Shown here piece by piece: positions 33,001 to 46,241 of a stretch of DNA of 64,000 bases. Both the position numbers and the translations under genes were made by a program. How positions within the stretch are numbered: position 1 is the first letter of the stretch; each line of letters starts with the position of its first letter. Under the pieces are notes generated by a model. It saw nothing but the letters and a program-made list of their open reading frames with translations, did no database searches and had not been told where the DNA came from. This stretch comes from Dysidea avara (taxonomy: Eukaryota). Location: positions 6,740,531 through 6,804,530 of the forward strand of contig NC_089278.1 in assembly GCF_963678975.1 (NCBI RefSeq). The letters run 5' to 3'.

Positions 33001-33421
33001 ATACCCAACTAACTAACAGTTTTTGATGCTAAAACATTTGAGAAAAGATACACCTTTGAAAACAAGGAAGGAACAAACAAACCAGTAAATGTCATCCTAC
33101 CAGTTAACAATCAGGTAACAATAACATTTGTCTACTTGAACATTTATCAGATGTGATTACCAGATATGGTGTGGTACTAAGAGTGGCAAAATACTAATAT
33201 TTGAAGACGAGGAGATAAAAGAGAAAGAATTGAAAGTGAGTTTACTAGTTAGTAATTTAATCATTCTGATATTTACAGCCACTGAAGATCGTCAATGCTC
33301 ACGAGGACACAATAAGAACTTTGTTATTACTAAAAAAGGATGACAAAAGTCATAGTCTAGTTATAAGTGGCAGTGGTTCACGAGATGGTTGTGCAGCTGT
33401 GTGGAATCCGCTCCTGATTTA
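30065..33421 (+). CDS. Gene 2 copy of unit 2 (multi-exon, WD40 C-terminus, spans the exons only). It appears complete through the Y segment.
   Basis: Homology to 13880-17235. The stop is at 33419-33421. Confidence 0.4.
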
Positions 33422-34046
33422 AAACACTTTTAGTACATATACCTCCTGATGATTTTTAATGTAGGTTTTAATGTAAGGCTGCTGTCACAGACAATTTTTT
33501 ATTGTTAAATCATCATAATTTCACACAATTCAATTGTTCAGACTGTCACTTGGCCTCCTGTTCATGGGGGACGGTACGTATGATATCAGAATCACCAGGG
33601 TCTATGATGGCTAGAGTGCTGACCCGGAAGAACTTTCCGCAGGCAGTGCCGAGGTCATTGTTGTCCCCAGAATAGTAGTGTACTCCTGTCTTGGCCAACA
33701 TAGCATAGTACTTAACTTCACTCTTCCTGAAATAAAGTGTAGTCATCATGACAAATTGGTTTTCTGTCTTACGTCAGTGGTGGGGCATTGTTTGCTAGAA
33801 TTATCAACTTCGCCTTGCCTTGTCGTAGTGACTTGAGAGTCGACTTGATCCCCAAGGTGTACTTGCCACTCTTCATCACAAGCGCCAGGTGCGTGTTGAT
33901 GCTTTCCATCTGCTTTTTCTACAGTACAATAAACCAGTGTTACTATGCGATTGCTTATAATAAAAATGTACGCCAGACAACATTTAACAAATTACCTGTT
34001 TTCCGGTAGCCGGCATCTTTATCGCTGACACTCCAAAAACCTATCT

Positions 34047-37000
34047 AAGTTTTGGGATGTACGTTCTGCAAAAATTTGTGAAGAAGCTGTTCTGGATACC
34101 GGTGCCTCATCCAGGAAGACTATGCACCGTTAGTCATCTTGTGGTGTTTTGGTAGAAGAGCTTTAGTACCATCATTGTACATGAACACAGTAGAATCTAT
34201 CACAACAGTGAAAATCCGCCTGTTTAAACAGGTCATAAGTACCATGCAAGGTGTTGACTTTTTATTCTCCAATTAATTGGTTAGTTTACCTTCTAATGGG
34301 ACCAGTAGCACCAAAATAGAACCAACCTTGACAGGTACTTCTGTTTGATCTTGGCATTACTTGCTTAGAATGTACCCTAAGGTTATACAAATATATCCTT
34401 GTTTCAGACAATTTTACCAAGGCAGTGTGTTTATTTGTGTAAATGTACTCTTGCAGGAGTTCAGTGTTGGTGACTATTCAGCATAGGAGGCGGAAGGGTG
34501 CTAGAGTTGGGGGTGCCCAAAATTTATGTTGGTGGTAGTAAGTGTGCGAAGCACACCCAGCATGCAAAGCATGCTAATTTTAAGGGGGTCTGGGGGCATG
34601 CCCCCCCCCAGGAAAATTTTGAAAATTAGGTAACAGGAGATTCAATTTGGGGGCATTTTTGGTGGATTTAGCTGTCAATGAAAAGCTATCTATTTTAATA
34701 CATGATTGACTGTTGTATTAGGGTGACTGCTCTATTGGGGTGACTGCTTTATTAGAGTATCTCGATCGTGATTGACCAGTTTCTGGAAACCTCGCAGGAG
34801 TTCACGTGACGACTATTGCGCAATACAGCTTTAAGTTGGGGGTGCTGAAGCACCCCCAGCACCCCCTCCTCCGCCGCCTATATATTGTGGTAGTATATGT
34901 CCTCCCTTATCAGGTGAGTCTATCATAGTGTACATGGCAGAACATTTGAAGAATTTTCAGTTTTTGTTGTATTTCTCTGTGTTAATATTGCATAATAATG
35001 GTCACCTTATAACTGTGATTTTTTTTTGATTTTTTTAAATTTCTCGGTGTATTTTAGTGTGGATGTATAATATCTATGTCCTTCTTAAATGATTTGGTTT
35101 GTGCACTATTAGTGACTGTTGTCACACTCTCCATCAAACAGAATACGTCAACCTTGATATCAGATTGAACTATCCCTTCCTTTCACTATCCATTAATTCT
35201 GTACTGGAAGTGGTTGGTGCTCTTCTAATGGAACAAAGAATAGTATTTGTGTCCACCATGCAGTTATTTATTTTTATTTTTTAATAATGCTTTACAGCAC
35301 AAGTGCTGAAGGTCTGTAGGACACCTGGTCCTACAGCCTGCTCAAAGACTTTAGCTACTTAAGGTGTGTTTGAAAAGTTGGAGAAAGGAGAAAAAATCCA
35401 TGACTGGACCTAGGCAGCCTTATACTCTACTAACGTACAACATGGAGGTGTGTTGGTGTATATATGGTGAGAACTAGGTCACATGTGCGTACCTCTTGTA
35501 GTGTTTCTTACGCTTCATTTCACCGTTCGAATGGCGCAGCACTTATGTCCCAGTGTAATTACCCAGTGAAATGATGGGTCTCCTTGATGCTCCGGGTAGT
35601 TTCCTGTATGGCTGTCAATCTGATTGCATCGATGGAGAGATTTTGTCAACTGTAAATCCCTTCTTAGTTATGTTATTGGTCTCTTTACACCTGCCTTTCT
35701 AGGTGGAAGAGTTGGTGATAGTAAATCTGGACAATGATGAGGTTCGGCAGCTGAATTATGAGAGTAATTTGCCCAAAATGCCACAATCAGTTTGTGACAA
35801 TTTCAAGCAAAGGTATGTACATCCCTAGTTCCATCAATATACTTACTATCTCTTCACTCACAGCTACAAGAAGTTGAAGGTTTGGTATGAGCTGGAGGAG
35901 TCTGATCGTCCCATGCCATTACCGGCTGCCTCACTGGTACAACACCGGCATGAATTTGAGCGTCGTTATGACTCCTATCTCTTAGACAGTAAGCCTTACT
36001 CTTGTTGAGCACTAATTTAGAATTTGTGTAGTTTTTCTCAACATGATGGTTGAATTATTTGGTGAAGTTACTTACTATCTTTGTTCGGTAAGTTGTGTTA
36101 TTGTAAGTATTGTTAACATGTGAACTGTTGTTATTCAGGGTAACCTTCGCTATGAGGAGAGCCCAACATATCAGTCAGCATGCAAGGAGACAAAGGAGTT
36201 CTATAAATTGGTAGGTAATTGTCACTCTCTTATTGATCTGACTGTAGTGCCATATATAGTAGAGGTTAGCTTATGGTATAGTATCATGTCTCTTGTTCCC
36301 CACTTTTTAGTGCATGAATTGGTCCCTACTTTGTTTTTTTAGATGTAGACTTTAAATACAGTGGTTTGTTACTTATTTGTAGCAACTGTTTATCAGACTG
36401 TTGTATTAGGGTGAGTGCTTTATTGGGGTATCTCAATCTTGCAATAGCTGCACATTTGATGCTGAACACACAATGAATCACTAAAAGCTGTATATAGTTC
36501 AGTGCTTGGCTTTTTGTAGCAAACCAATCATTGCCACCTGCCTACTATCATTTCGAGCCATGAAAACTAAAAGAAAAGAGTATAAAGGTGCCATTGACTA
36601 ATAAGGACCTGTCCCCAAATTTATGAAGTGAGTGCAAGAGTGTTATATAGACATATAATTAGTATTGTGATGATGTAAAAATTGTGCTGGATAAGAACAC
36701 TACGAGTATCGGGCTAGGATTTGAGGGAGGACCAAAACAAATACTGGGATGTTCATTAAGGATTTGTGTGCGTGCATGTGTGTGTGTGTGTGTATGTATC
36801 ATTACTGTTACTTGAAAGCGTTATAAAGTGCTGATGGTCCAATGTCACATAGATGTGGCTTGTTAGAATTAGTATTCAATTGTTTACAATAGAGAGTACT
36901 TGGATGCTAAAAATCCATAATCTTTCTGCCCTAATCACTGTTTTTATTTTTTGTATGATGTGTGGAATTCTGCAGGCATTATCTACCGACTTATTTTCAC

Positions 37001-38746
37001 TTCTGCTGCAAAACCGCAATACCAAAACTACCCGAGATTCTTTTACACTAATCTCTGACAAGAAAAGACGGTATGATCGACATCATGTTGACAGTGAACA
37101 TATACTGATCCCCATAGAGACAAGAGAATGTTAGAGATGTGTGACACAACAATAATTGATACAACAGCTGCAGCAACAACAGGAAAGCCCATTAAACAGA
37201 GGTAAGGGAAGCACTGTACTTCTTCTCTCTAATGGATGTGTCCTAGTTTTGTTTACAATATGAAACAGTACTGGTATTGGAAGGTTGTCATAGGTCTTGG
37301 TACTGTATTTTAGTTCACATAACTATTTAAAAAAAAAAATTGTAAGGATTGATGATTATACATGCTACAAAATGTAAGGAAACAAGCTCAAAAATGATCC
37401 AGCTAAAATGAGAAACGATCCATGCAATAAAAAGCAAGGAAACAAGATTAGATGACTAAGTACTCGCTAAAATGAGACACACTTTATATCCCTACTTTTG
37501 GCTAATTTGATGGTCTCATTTCAAGATGCTAGTTAAAAGTAGGCATTAAAGTGTGTCTCATTTTAGTAAATAGTCATCTAATCTTGTTTCCTTACTTTTT
37601 ATTGCATGGATCGTTATCATTTCAGCTGGATCATTTTTGAGCTTGTTTCCTTACTTTTTGTAGCATATATAATTATCATCAATCCCTACTTCCTTTTAAT
37701 CTTTTTAATAGCTAGTTAGTTACTTTTTTATGCCTAAGCAGCCAGCTATATTATACTCTTTGTTTTCCACATAGTATAAATATCACTTGAAGCAGCTATC
37801 TTTTACCTTCGTACGCAATAAGCACCTCTAAAATAGTTATCGTTTTGTCTTTTTATATGATTACAGCAACTGTTAAAGGCTTCAGCTGCATTTCTAATGT
37901 CCTAAATGTTGATGATTTAACAGTAAAACATCACTGGAGAGTCCACCATTAAGAGTGGAACCCGCGCATTTAGAAATCTGGATCCCGAGGTGAATCCACC
38001 CCTCAAAGGAATTTTTAGCTAGCTACCTCGCAAAAAATCTAAACTGGTAAGACTACAAAACGACTACCCAGCATTAATAAATGTTAGAGACAACTCCTTG
38101 GCTACTACACCTGTTCACCCTCGTCTTACGCACATGTACAATCACGTGTTTGGGTTGTGGCGTGTACCACAACTATATTATCCTTTGAGAAGAACAAAGA
38201 AGCGAATTAGTGATGAAAGCAAACAGCATGGTGCAGTGGACAGAATGTAATTGGAACAACAGATTCGTGAATCCACCGTCATTACCTTGGTTGTCTGAAA
38301 TTTCTGGAGCCGTACACCTAGTGCAACCGGGTCTTACAGCAGGCAGTCAGGCAGATGAAATCCAGGTGAATTTTGAAATTTTTAAAGCTTTGTTTAACCA
38401 AGGTACAGCATCATTACAGCAGTACTAATGTATTCCAGGTGGTTTTTTCGAGTAAAACTTATTGCACGGCTGTTTTTTAACATGCGAACATTTATGAAGC
38501 CATATGATTTCTTAACAATCCCTACTTGTTAGGAACTATTGTACTTAATTATAGTAGCTGGCCCCTAATAGCAACCAGATCACAGCCTTGATTTGGTGAT
38601 TTGGCGAAGGCCCAAAGGGCATAAAAATCATGATTATATGAGTGAGATGAGCAAATGTATACTGGTATTTCCTTTAAAAATTGTGTAAATACAGCAACTT
38701 TGTAGTTCTGTAATAAACTCTAAAAATAGAATATTGCGCGTGCACG

Positions 38747-38831
<85 letters not shown>

Positions 38832-41734
38832 CGTCCTATAAATATTTCATGAGGATTAAATCATCACTTTGAACTTTATCTGCTTCAAATAAAGGACCCA
38901 TGGCCACTTAGTGATGTACATACGCCTGTAGAACAATGTAACACATTTCAAGGAGGGAGGGCTTTGAGTTGGGAAGTGTTGCATCATTTTACCAATACAA
39001 ATCGTTCTAGACTCGCAGCTCCAACCGGAATGTTTTTTGACTAATGTAGTCCCTTCTTCAGTGCTGCCGAAGTGGACGCTTCTCTGACTGAGTGAACCTT
39101 CATCAGCGTCCACTCCTGCCTCCTTCTTTTAGTACTTTGCCCAGTGTGGTAGCCATTGTCACTGGTTTGTGGGGTTTCACATATGATAGAAACAGTAAGG
39201 CTGGTTATTTCTGGTTATGTCTCATACTATTTCAAATATTGTACTACACATAATTCATCTCCTGAGAAGCTAGAAGAAAAGAACATTCCTTTTAAGCCAG
39301 TTGCCTCTTCTTGGTTAGGGAGGCCAACCACTGGAATTAATAACTTATATAGATGAATAAAAAATTGGAAATTTTAAAATGGGAATAGGGATCGCTGAAA
39401 AAAGCCACAAAACAAGAAGGGATCACTGGGGTGGTAATGTAAACCACAAATCCCTATTTTGACTCTGTCATAAATCTTTACTTACATGCTCTGTCATTTT
39501 GAGGTGAGTCAAAATAGGGATTTGTGGTTTACATTACCACCCCAGTGATCCCTTCTTGTTTTGTGGCTTTTTTCAGCGATCCCTATTCCCATTTTAAAAT
39601 TTCCAATTTTTATTCGTTCATCTAGTTTGTGTACTTTTTATTAATTCAGTAATGGATTATGAAGAAGACTGTCGTGAATTGTGTAATTTTGCATTCTGCA
39701 TAGTAACACCGTCAACATTTCAGTACACACATGAAACTGATCAAATTGCAATGTGCATACAGACTGAGAGTCTCCCAATATGAGCTACAATTTACATTAC
39801 TGGTGCCTTTAATAGCTGTCAAATTCAGTGCAAGGATTGTTGTTATATACTTGACTGCATTATTAGAGTATTTACATGACTGCTCTATTAGAGTATTTAA
39901 TATGGATAACCCGCCCACGTACAATAATCACGGAGCGAAAAAAAACTACCTTGCAACAAAGTCATCAGCCAAGATTAAGCTTCCTGGCCTGTACTGAGTT
40001 TAATAAAGACAGATTCTATTAGCCACAAGTAGCGCACACCAAAAAACTTAACTTTGAATGCTATCTTGTATGGCTTCTCTAGCGTATTGGCATTTTGGCA
40101 AGAAGAAACGGCCCGGTGTTGGGCTGTTTCCATCCGAAAACTAAATTAAAAATAGGTCATGGACACACACAATGATCCATTCAGCAAGCCTTGCTACTTT
40201 TTATCCCAGGATTCTCCTTGTAAACTTTGCTATGCCTGTGAAAGAATAATAATAATATGAACAAACTGGCAAATTGCAGTGTTGTCTGAAATACACATAC
40301 TGTTTCCTTTTCACTTGATACTTACTAGTGGACCAATACTCATTGCAAAGAACCACTGGAGGGTTGTTTTGAGTAGAAGGATGCTTTTCAAGGTGGTTTT
40401 AAAGTGTGCGTTCTATTAGGATTTTTGCAAAAAACATTGGCAATCCCTATTATGAACCCACTATCATGGTTCATGATATTATGGCAAATTTGGTGTTCCA
40501 CAATCTACAGAAGTAGTGTACTAACTGCATTGGTTGCCTTCCACTTTGCATAGTAGCGGCGAGCTGTTCCTTGCTTGAAGTTACAGTAGCCACAGCTATT
40601 GATCTGTAGTGTAGGCTGTTTTTGGAGTGTGTACTACAGTATTTATAGCAACAAAACCAGCTGGGGTTAACAGAATGGTTGTTATCTCAATAGGTCAGAA
40701 GAACAAGACACACCAAAGGCTCCGTCGTCACTTGCCAGACTTTATTCACAACAGCCACTTAACAGTCCTAAGGAATCTTCTGATACTTTGCACATGACTA
40801 AAAGAACATCTTCACCTATACCACCACTACTGCCAGAGCAGCCAAAACGTCTTTTGCCACACTCAACATCTGGGTCTGACCTGGAGACAGCAGCCGACAG
40901 TCTAGCAGCTTTATGCTCATGTGATCCTAGCACTTATTGTAGGGTTAAACTTGCATTACTAAGGGATGAAGGTACTCATTGTATAGTGGGCCTGGGTTGT
41001 GAGCAGCTTTTGATAATTGCAAGTCAATCCCTTAACACATGTAACAAAAATTTGAAGGCAGTCTTGTACAAGTTGTGTGTATTATTAGAGTATTTATGTA
41101 TTCATTGCAAATGGTGAAGATACCAAATAAATATCTTGACATTGTTGTTGTTGTTGTTGTTGTTTGTTTTTAATGAGAATGGCTCAATACTTTTACAACA
41201 CGTGTATATATTCCTACCATGCTAATAATTTGGCCACAACAGTCATGTGTTCATGAAAGCTTGTCTTGATGGTGTGTCACATCATCCTTTTATAGTTTCT
41301 CCAGAAGAAGTTTTTGCAGACTTAATTGCACAGTTGACAGAAGTAATAACAGTAAGAACAGTTGTGAGGTGCACATTCTAGAGAAGCAAATCCAACTGTA
41401 TGTCTCATATTGCGGGTGAGGTTCAAATGGCCTACACCTTCATTCATACAGCCTCCTGTGGGATAGTAGTTTTGTGAATTTGCTAGTATTGACTCATGGC
41501 ACCTGAATAGGTGGTTTAATGTTCCACCGGGTAGGCTTGACTGTGTATACATGAGCCGAAGGCTTTATGTGCATAATACTGTGTATATGTGTGTAGTACA
41601 CATATCATAGATGACAACATGTTAATGGTGATGTTTATTGTGTAATGTAGGAGAGTGCTACCACAAAAGGCAAGATGGCCCCAGCTCTCTACCCTAAGAG
41701 CTTGTGTATATATTGCTACAGGACAGCATCACAA
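34047..41734 (+). pseudogene. DENN-domain gene copy of unit 3, with the same three lesions as unit 2.
   Basis: TIR insertion at 34479-34886. 15-bp intron near 40975. Confidence 0.45.
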
Positions 41735-42612
41735 GGTGAGAAGAAGATTAGCTGCTTTGTACATTTCTTGTGTGATTTAGGGATTTTATGACTTTGCTAC
41801 ATTGGATAAGCACAGTGTCCAATTGATGCCAAACCAAAGGTGTATGTGCATGTGTGCACAAATTGTATAGCGGGTTTTTCTCGTGGACAAATTTACTTGT
41901 GAAAATAAAATCATGCGACATTACTTAATTTCGCAAGGTGACAGATTTGCAACATTAAATTCCTCGAGCAAATTTATTACTCGTTGTAATAAGTGTTTAC
42001 GTATAAGATGGAAAACAATGAAATTTGTCATGTTAGCCGTGTTTCTTGTATCTATGCTTGTGTCCATGATGAATTTATGCAGGCACCTGAAATTCACCAG
42101 GAAACGGATAGGGCGGCCATGTTGGGTTTGCTGAAGAATACGATCCCGGGATTGCTTAATTCAGGATTGATTTCCGGATTCCTGTAGAATGTGATCCCAT
42201 AACTATTTACTGAAGAATACGATCCCAAGAGTTTCCTGAAGAATATGATCCTGACGTAGGCATGCATTCTGCACGTTTTCGTGCATAATTTTTAATTCAT
42301 TGTTTTCGATAGCTCCACCAAAATGCCCCAGACTTGCATTGATCCTTGTGTCCTACTTATATAGCTACCATTTTAGCTAAAGCTATGGATAATTGATAAA
42401 ACACGATCATGAGATTTTACCCCTTTGATAAGTGTATATTTCTTTGATTTATAAATTGTTGTTATTTGATTGGTTGAATGATGGAAATACATAAAAGTTA
42501 CACAGTATATACATGTAGTTGCAATCTCTGATATGGTAGTCAAAGACTTAATTACAGTAGGTCATGGTAGAGGGTATCTTTTGGTGATATGACCAATCAT
42601 GCTATCATATAA

Positions 42613-43468
42613 TTATGTCCTTCCAAATCTCTCCCTCCACATAAATTCATCAAGATATTCCAGGAGATGGTCGTCACATGTTCCATGCATCCTCTTCAAC
42701 TTGGCTTTTGCTCTTGACCAGTAACTCTCTATATGCTGGGTATGAGTCCCTGTAATGGGATCAACAAAGTGAAGACTGTGGTTAACTGATGAATGGGTAT
42801 AGCCTACGAGACTAAGCTGCCCATTCATCTGAATGTACCACTGTCCCTGGATGCACGTATTGTTGTATGATAGGAAGAAGAGTAGCTGGATTTCTTTGAG
42901 CCACTAATTGCATGTATCCTGTTGCTGGACGAGTTGAAATATCACACCCATTGTCTTCCTCTATGGTTCTATGTATAAATACAGCAAATAATATACTGTC
43001 AATGATAAGTATCATAGCAAAACCCAGCTTTTGGCTTACGTTTTTACAATGACTCATCAACTTGCACAGTACAACCTGGATAGTTGGTCTCTTAACAACT
43101 TTCAAGAACAGATATCTGTCAGAAAACTGCAGCAATCGATGATAGTATTCTGACTGATGCCAGTAGTTTTGATTATCTGCTTTTGTGAAGCATCTGGTGA
43201 CCACAAAAAAAATAATGTGGAGCCAAATCTGGGAAGCTGGACTGTAATCCCCCTTTGTAGAATTGTACAGACAACAACATGAACAGTATTTAAATTTCAT
43301 ACTATGGATTGTCATAGTATCCATGGATACCGCGGATACTCTGACAGAGGGTACCACGGATACTCTGACAGAGAGGGTACAACTCTTGTCCGACATGTTG
43401 GAATAAAAAATAGCCCTAATATCACAGATGCTACCAGTGCTATGGAAGCCCACAATTACTTGAAACAT
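42613..43468 (-). pseudogene. Degenerate Merlin/IS1595-like transposase of unit 3. This copy keeps the longest readable stretch, running from IDSILF to FMWRERFG.
   Basis: ORFs 42613..42828 and 42812..43468. Confidence 0.65.
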
Positions 43469-43827
43469 AGATGTATGGGGGGGGGGGGGTGTCTATTATC
43501 TATGCTTGAAATATGAGTGATTGTTTCTATGGTAGCATCTCTGTTTCAGTTGAACGCCGCACCTGTGACATGGGACATACCGGTAGTCAGTCTAATTATA
43601 GTATCCTCCATATAAGGATCTTGAAAAATGGGTAACATTGGTAATAAATGTTCGTTACCATGGAAATCACATCCCTATAAATAGAATTAATCGAACCAAA
43701 ATATCAAGCGGGCCAGCCTCGTGGTGTTGGGAGCGAGTGTTTGTGTATCTCGGTGTTTTTGTGAGTCAGTGTGCGTGTGGTCGGGATTTTCATGTGGCTG
43801 GTGTTCGAGTAGTTCATTACTGACGAC

Positions 43828-45147
43828 ATGGCTGAATCTATGAGTTTTTTACTATCAGGCAAGTCATCACATATGCCTCTGAGTGACTATCGATTGCTGG
43901 AAGAAAAGCTGATGCAGCATCCTTTCCATTCTGAATTGATGAAAAAGTATAAGACTACAGTAAGATTGGAAACTTTAGGTAGTATAAAGGAATATAATCT
44001 TATACAAATGGCAGCGGAAGTAGGTATTAACATTCCCTCACGTGATAATAAGACAGCAGAAGAAATTTTACGGAAATGTATTCCTGGTCATAGCTACAAA
44101 ACAGGCTCTACTTTAAAGATCAAAGGAAGGTCTATCGGTGAACTCCAGCGATGTTACTGTGATCCATATAAGAACATGGGAGATGCTTCAGTCACTGATC
44201 AAAATGATTCAGATGTTGTATATGTAGAAGTCCATTCTGATACCTTTGTTCACACCGCGAGGAAGACAGTTCTTTTACTTTTTCATTATATACGCTTGCT
44301 TAAATGTTTCGGTGTTACGTGCCCAAAAGTGCATGCCTTTGTGTTCCCTCGCAGAGAAGTCGAGCAATGTGCTGTCCAGGTAACAATGCAGTATGACTCT
44401 AGCAAGGTAGAGTTTTGTTATTCTGTTAAGTGTCTACAACTATCAGACATAAGATCAGCATTACAAGGTGCCTATGAGCAAAACGAAGAAACACTCTCAA
44501 ATACTGCTAGAAATATTTCTGACAACTACAATCATTATGCTGTTTATCTTACCCAGTTAGAAGTAAATGCCATTGCAGCAATTCAAGGTCATGAATACAC
44601 AAATTGTCGACTAGCCAAATGCTATAATGGAATTTTGATAATGACTGATCGTTATTGTTTGAAAAAGCCACTGTATCAGATCTCAGTAAGCAGTCTGATT
44701 GTTTTATGCGGGATAACAAATTCGTCCTTCATTCATTATACCAGAAAAGAGTTGGGCTTTTTTTCATATGAAAAATTATCTTATGGACCATTAACTGACA
44801 ACCAGGCAAAATCCTGTTGTGCTGAGCTTGTGACAAAAATGGAAAATGTGTTTAATAGCCTTGAAAGTGAAGGTATTTGCCACTCTGATGTGCGTCTGCC
44901 CAACATTTGTTTCAATGATACTTACACTCCGGTGTTAATAGATTTTGACTTTTGCAAATTTGAAGCTAATAAAAGCGAAGATATTATAAAATTTGGTTCT
45001 GAACTATTGAGATTGTTTCCAGAGGAAACTGATGATGGATTCATTGAACAGCTTGCACAAGGTGACTTTAATCAAAGTCTCTTGGCTGGATCAATCATCC
45101 AAAGAGGACATATTACTATAGAGCAAGTGATTGGAGATCGTATGTAA
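43828..45147 (+). CDS. The kinase-like ORF of unit 3. It is 439 aa with a 1-codon deletion and is intact.
   Basis: From the ORF track. Confidence 0.5.
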   Translation: MAESMSFLLSGKSSHMPLSDYRLLEEKLMQHPFHSELMKKYKTTVRLETLGSIKEYNLIQMAAEVGINIPSRDNKTAEEILRKCIPGHSYKTGSTLKIKGRSIGELQRCYCDPYKNMGDASVTDQNDSDVVYVEVHSDTFVHTARKTVLLLFHYIRLLKCFGVTCPKVHAFVFPRREVEQCAVQVTMQYDSSKVEFCYSVKCLQLSDIRSALQGAYEQNEETLSNTARNISDNYNHYAVYLTQLEVNAIAAIQGHEYTNCRLAKCYNGILIMTDRYCLKKPLYQISVSSLIVLCGITNSSFIHYTRKELGFFSYEKLSYGPLTDNQAKSCCAELVTKMENVFNSLESEGICHSDVRLPNICFNDTYTPVLIDFDFCKFEANKSEDIIKFGSELLRLFPEETDDGFIEQLAQGDFNQSLLAGSIIQRGHITIEQVIGDRM

Positions 45148-46241
45148 CTTTTAGGTAGATTATTTAAAAACTTCTTAAGTACCTGTATTTCTTCTTTGTA
45201 CTATGACAATAGTTTTTAATTGTTGCTTGTAAACTACAAATGGCAAAAAACATGTGATATGATATAAGTATGTGATATGGGAGAAGCCTTATTGTTTTAG
45301 TTATTTTTCTAGTGTTTGCCCAACATGTCAGAAATGGGTAGTAGGGCTGATTGCAACATGTGGGATGAGAGCTGTATTAATGGGAATCAATTGTGGGTTT
45401 TAGTTTATGTATCAAAGCTCTTCAATATATCCCTGATGTGTCAGGCAAACTTAACTTCCTTACAATAAGCTGGCCACAATGCAAGGTAAATATTGTACAT
45501 TAATATGTTAATTGTAAAGCTTTGCATTTCCATGAAATTAACACTTTAGATCCTCTCTGACATGTTGGAATGAGTCCATAAATTATCAGAATCTAAATCT
45601 AGATGTCAAGCAGCAAAAAGGTATAGCATCAACGAAAGCTAAATTCAACCACGAATGTTGCAAGAGTGATTTGTTGAACCACATTAGTAGAACTGTACGT
45701 ATAAGAAAACAACATGGATATGAACATGAAGACTGAAGCTTCTCACTTCCCCCAGCAAAAAAATTCTTCAGGGAACTCTTGGGATCGTATTCTTCAGTAA
45801 AGAGTTATGGGATCACATTCTACAGGAATCCGGAAATCAATCCTGAATTAAGTGATCCCAGGATCGCATTCTTCAGCAAACCCCAACTGGCTAGCTGTTA
45901 TGTACATAAACAAGCACCTAGTTTGTTGTTGAATGTTCCAACACAACAGTTTTACAGGGGCTAAAAACCTAGCAATAAACAAAACTCCACGTGATAAAAT
46001 ATGTTGTGAATTTTAATATTGCGAAGTGCCCAAAATGCAAGATTAAGCCCTCACGATAAAAACCTGCTATACGGTATATTGCGTGTATGTGTTGTGAGAG
46101 GAGATGGGGATGGGGGGAGGTGGGTTAGTGCGTGTTGTATAGTTTTGTTGTGTGTAGTGTGTCATATCACATAACTGTAGAACTCTTTCAGTAGTTTAGA
46201 TAAAAGTTTACTGGTTACTGTGCAGGACATTAGAATCAATC

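Larger units (their letters stand above)
42118..45891. mobile_element. Inverted-repeat-bounded cassette of unit 3.
   Basis: Homolog of 9561-13528. Confidence 0.5.
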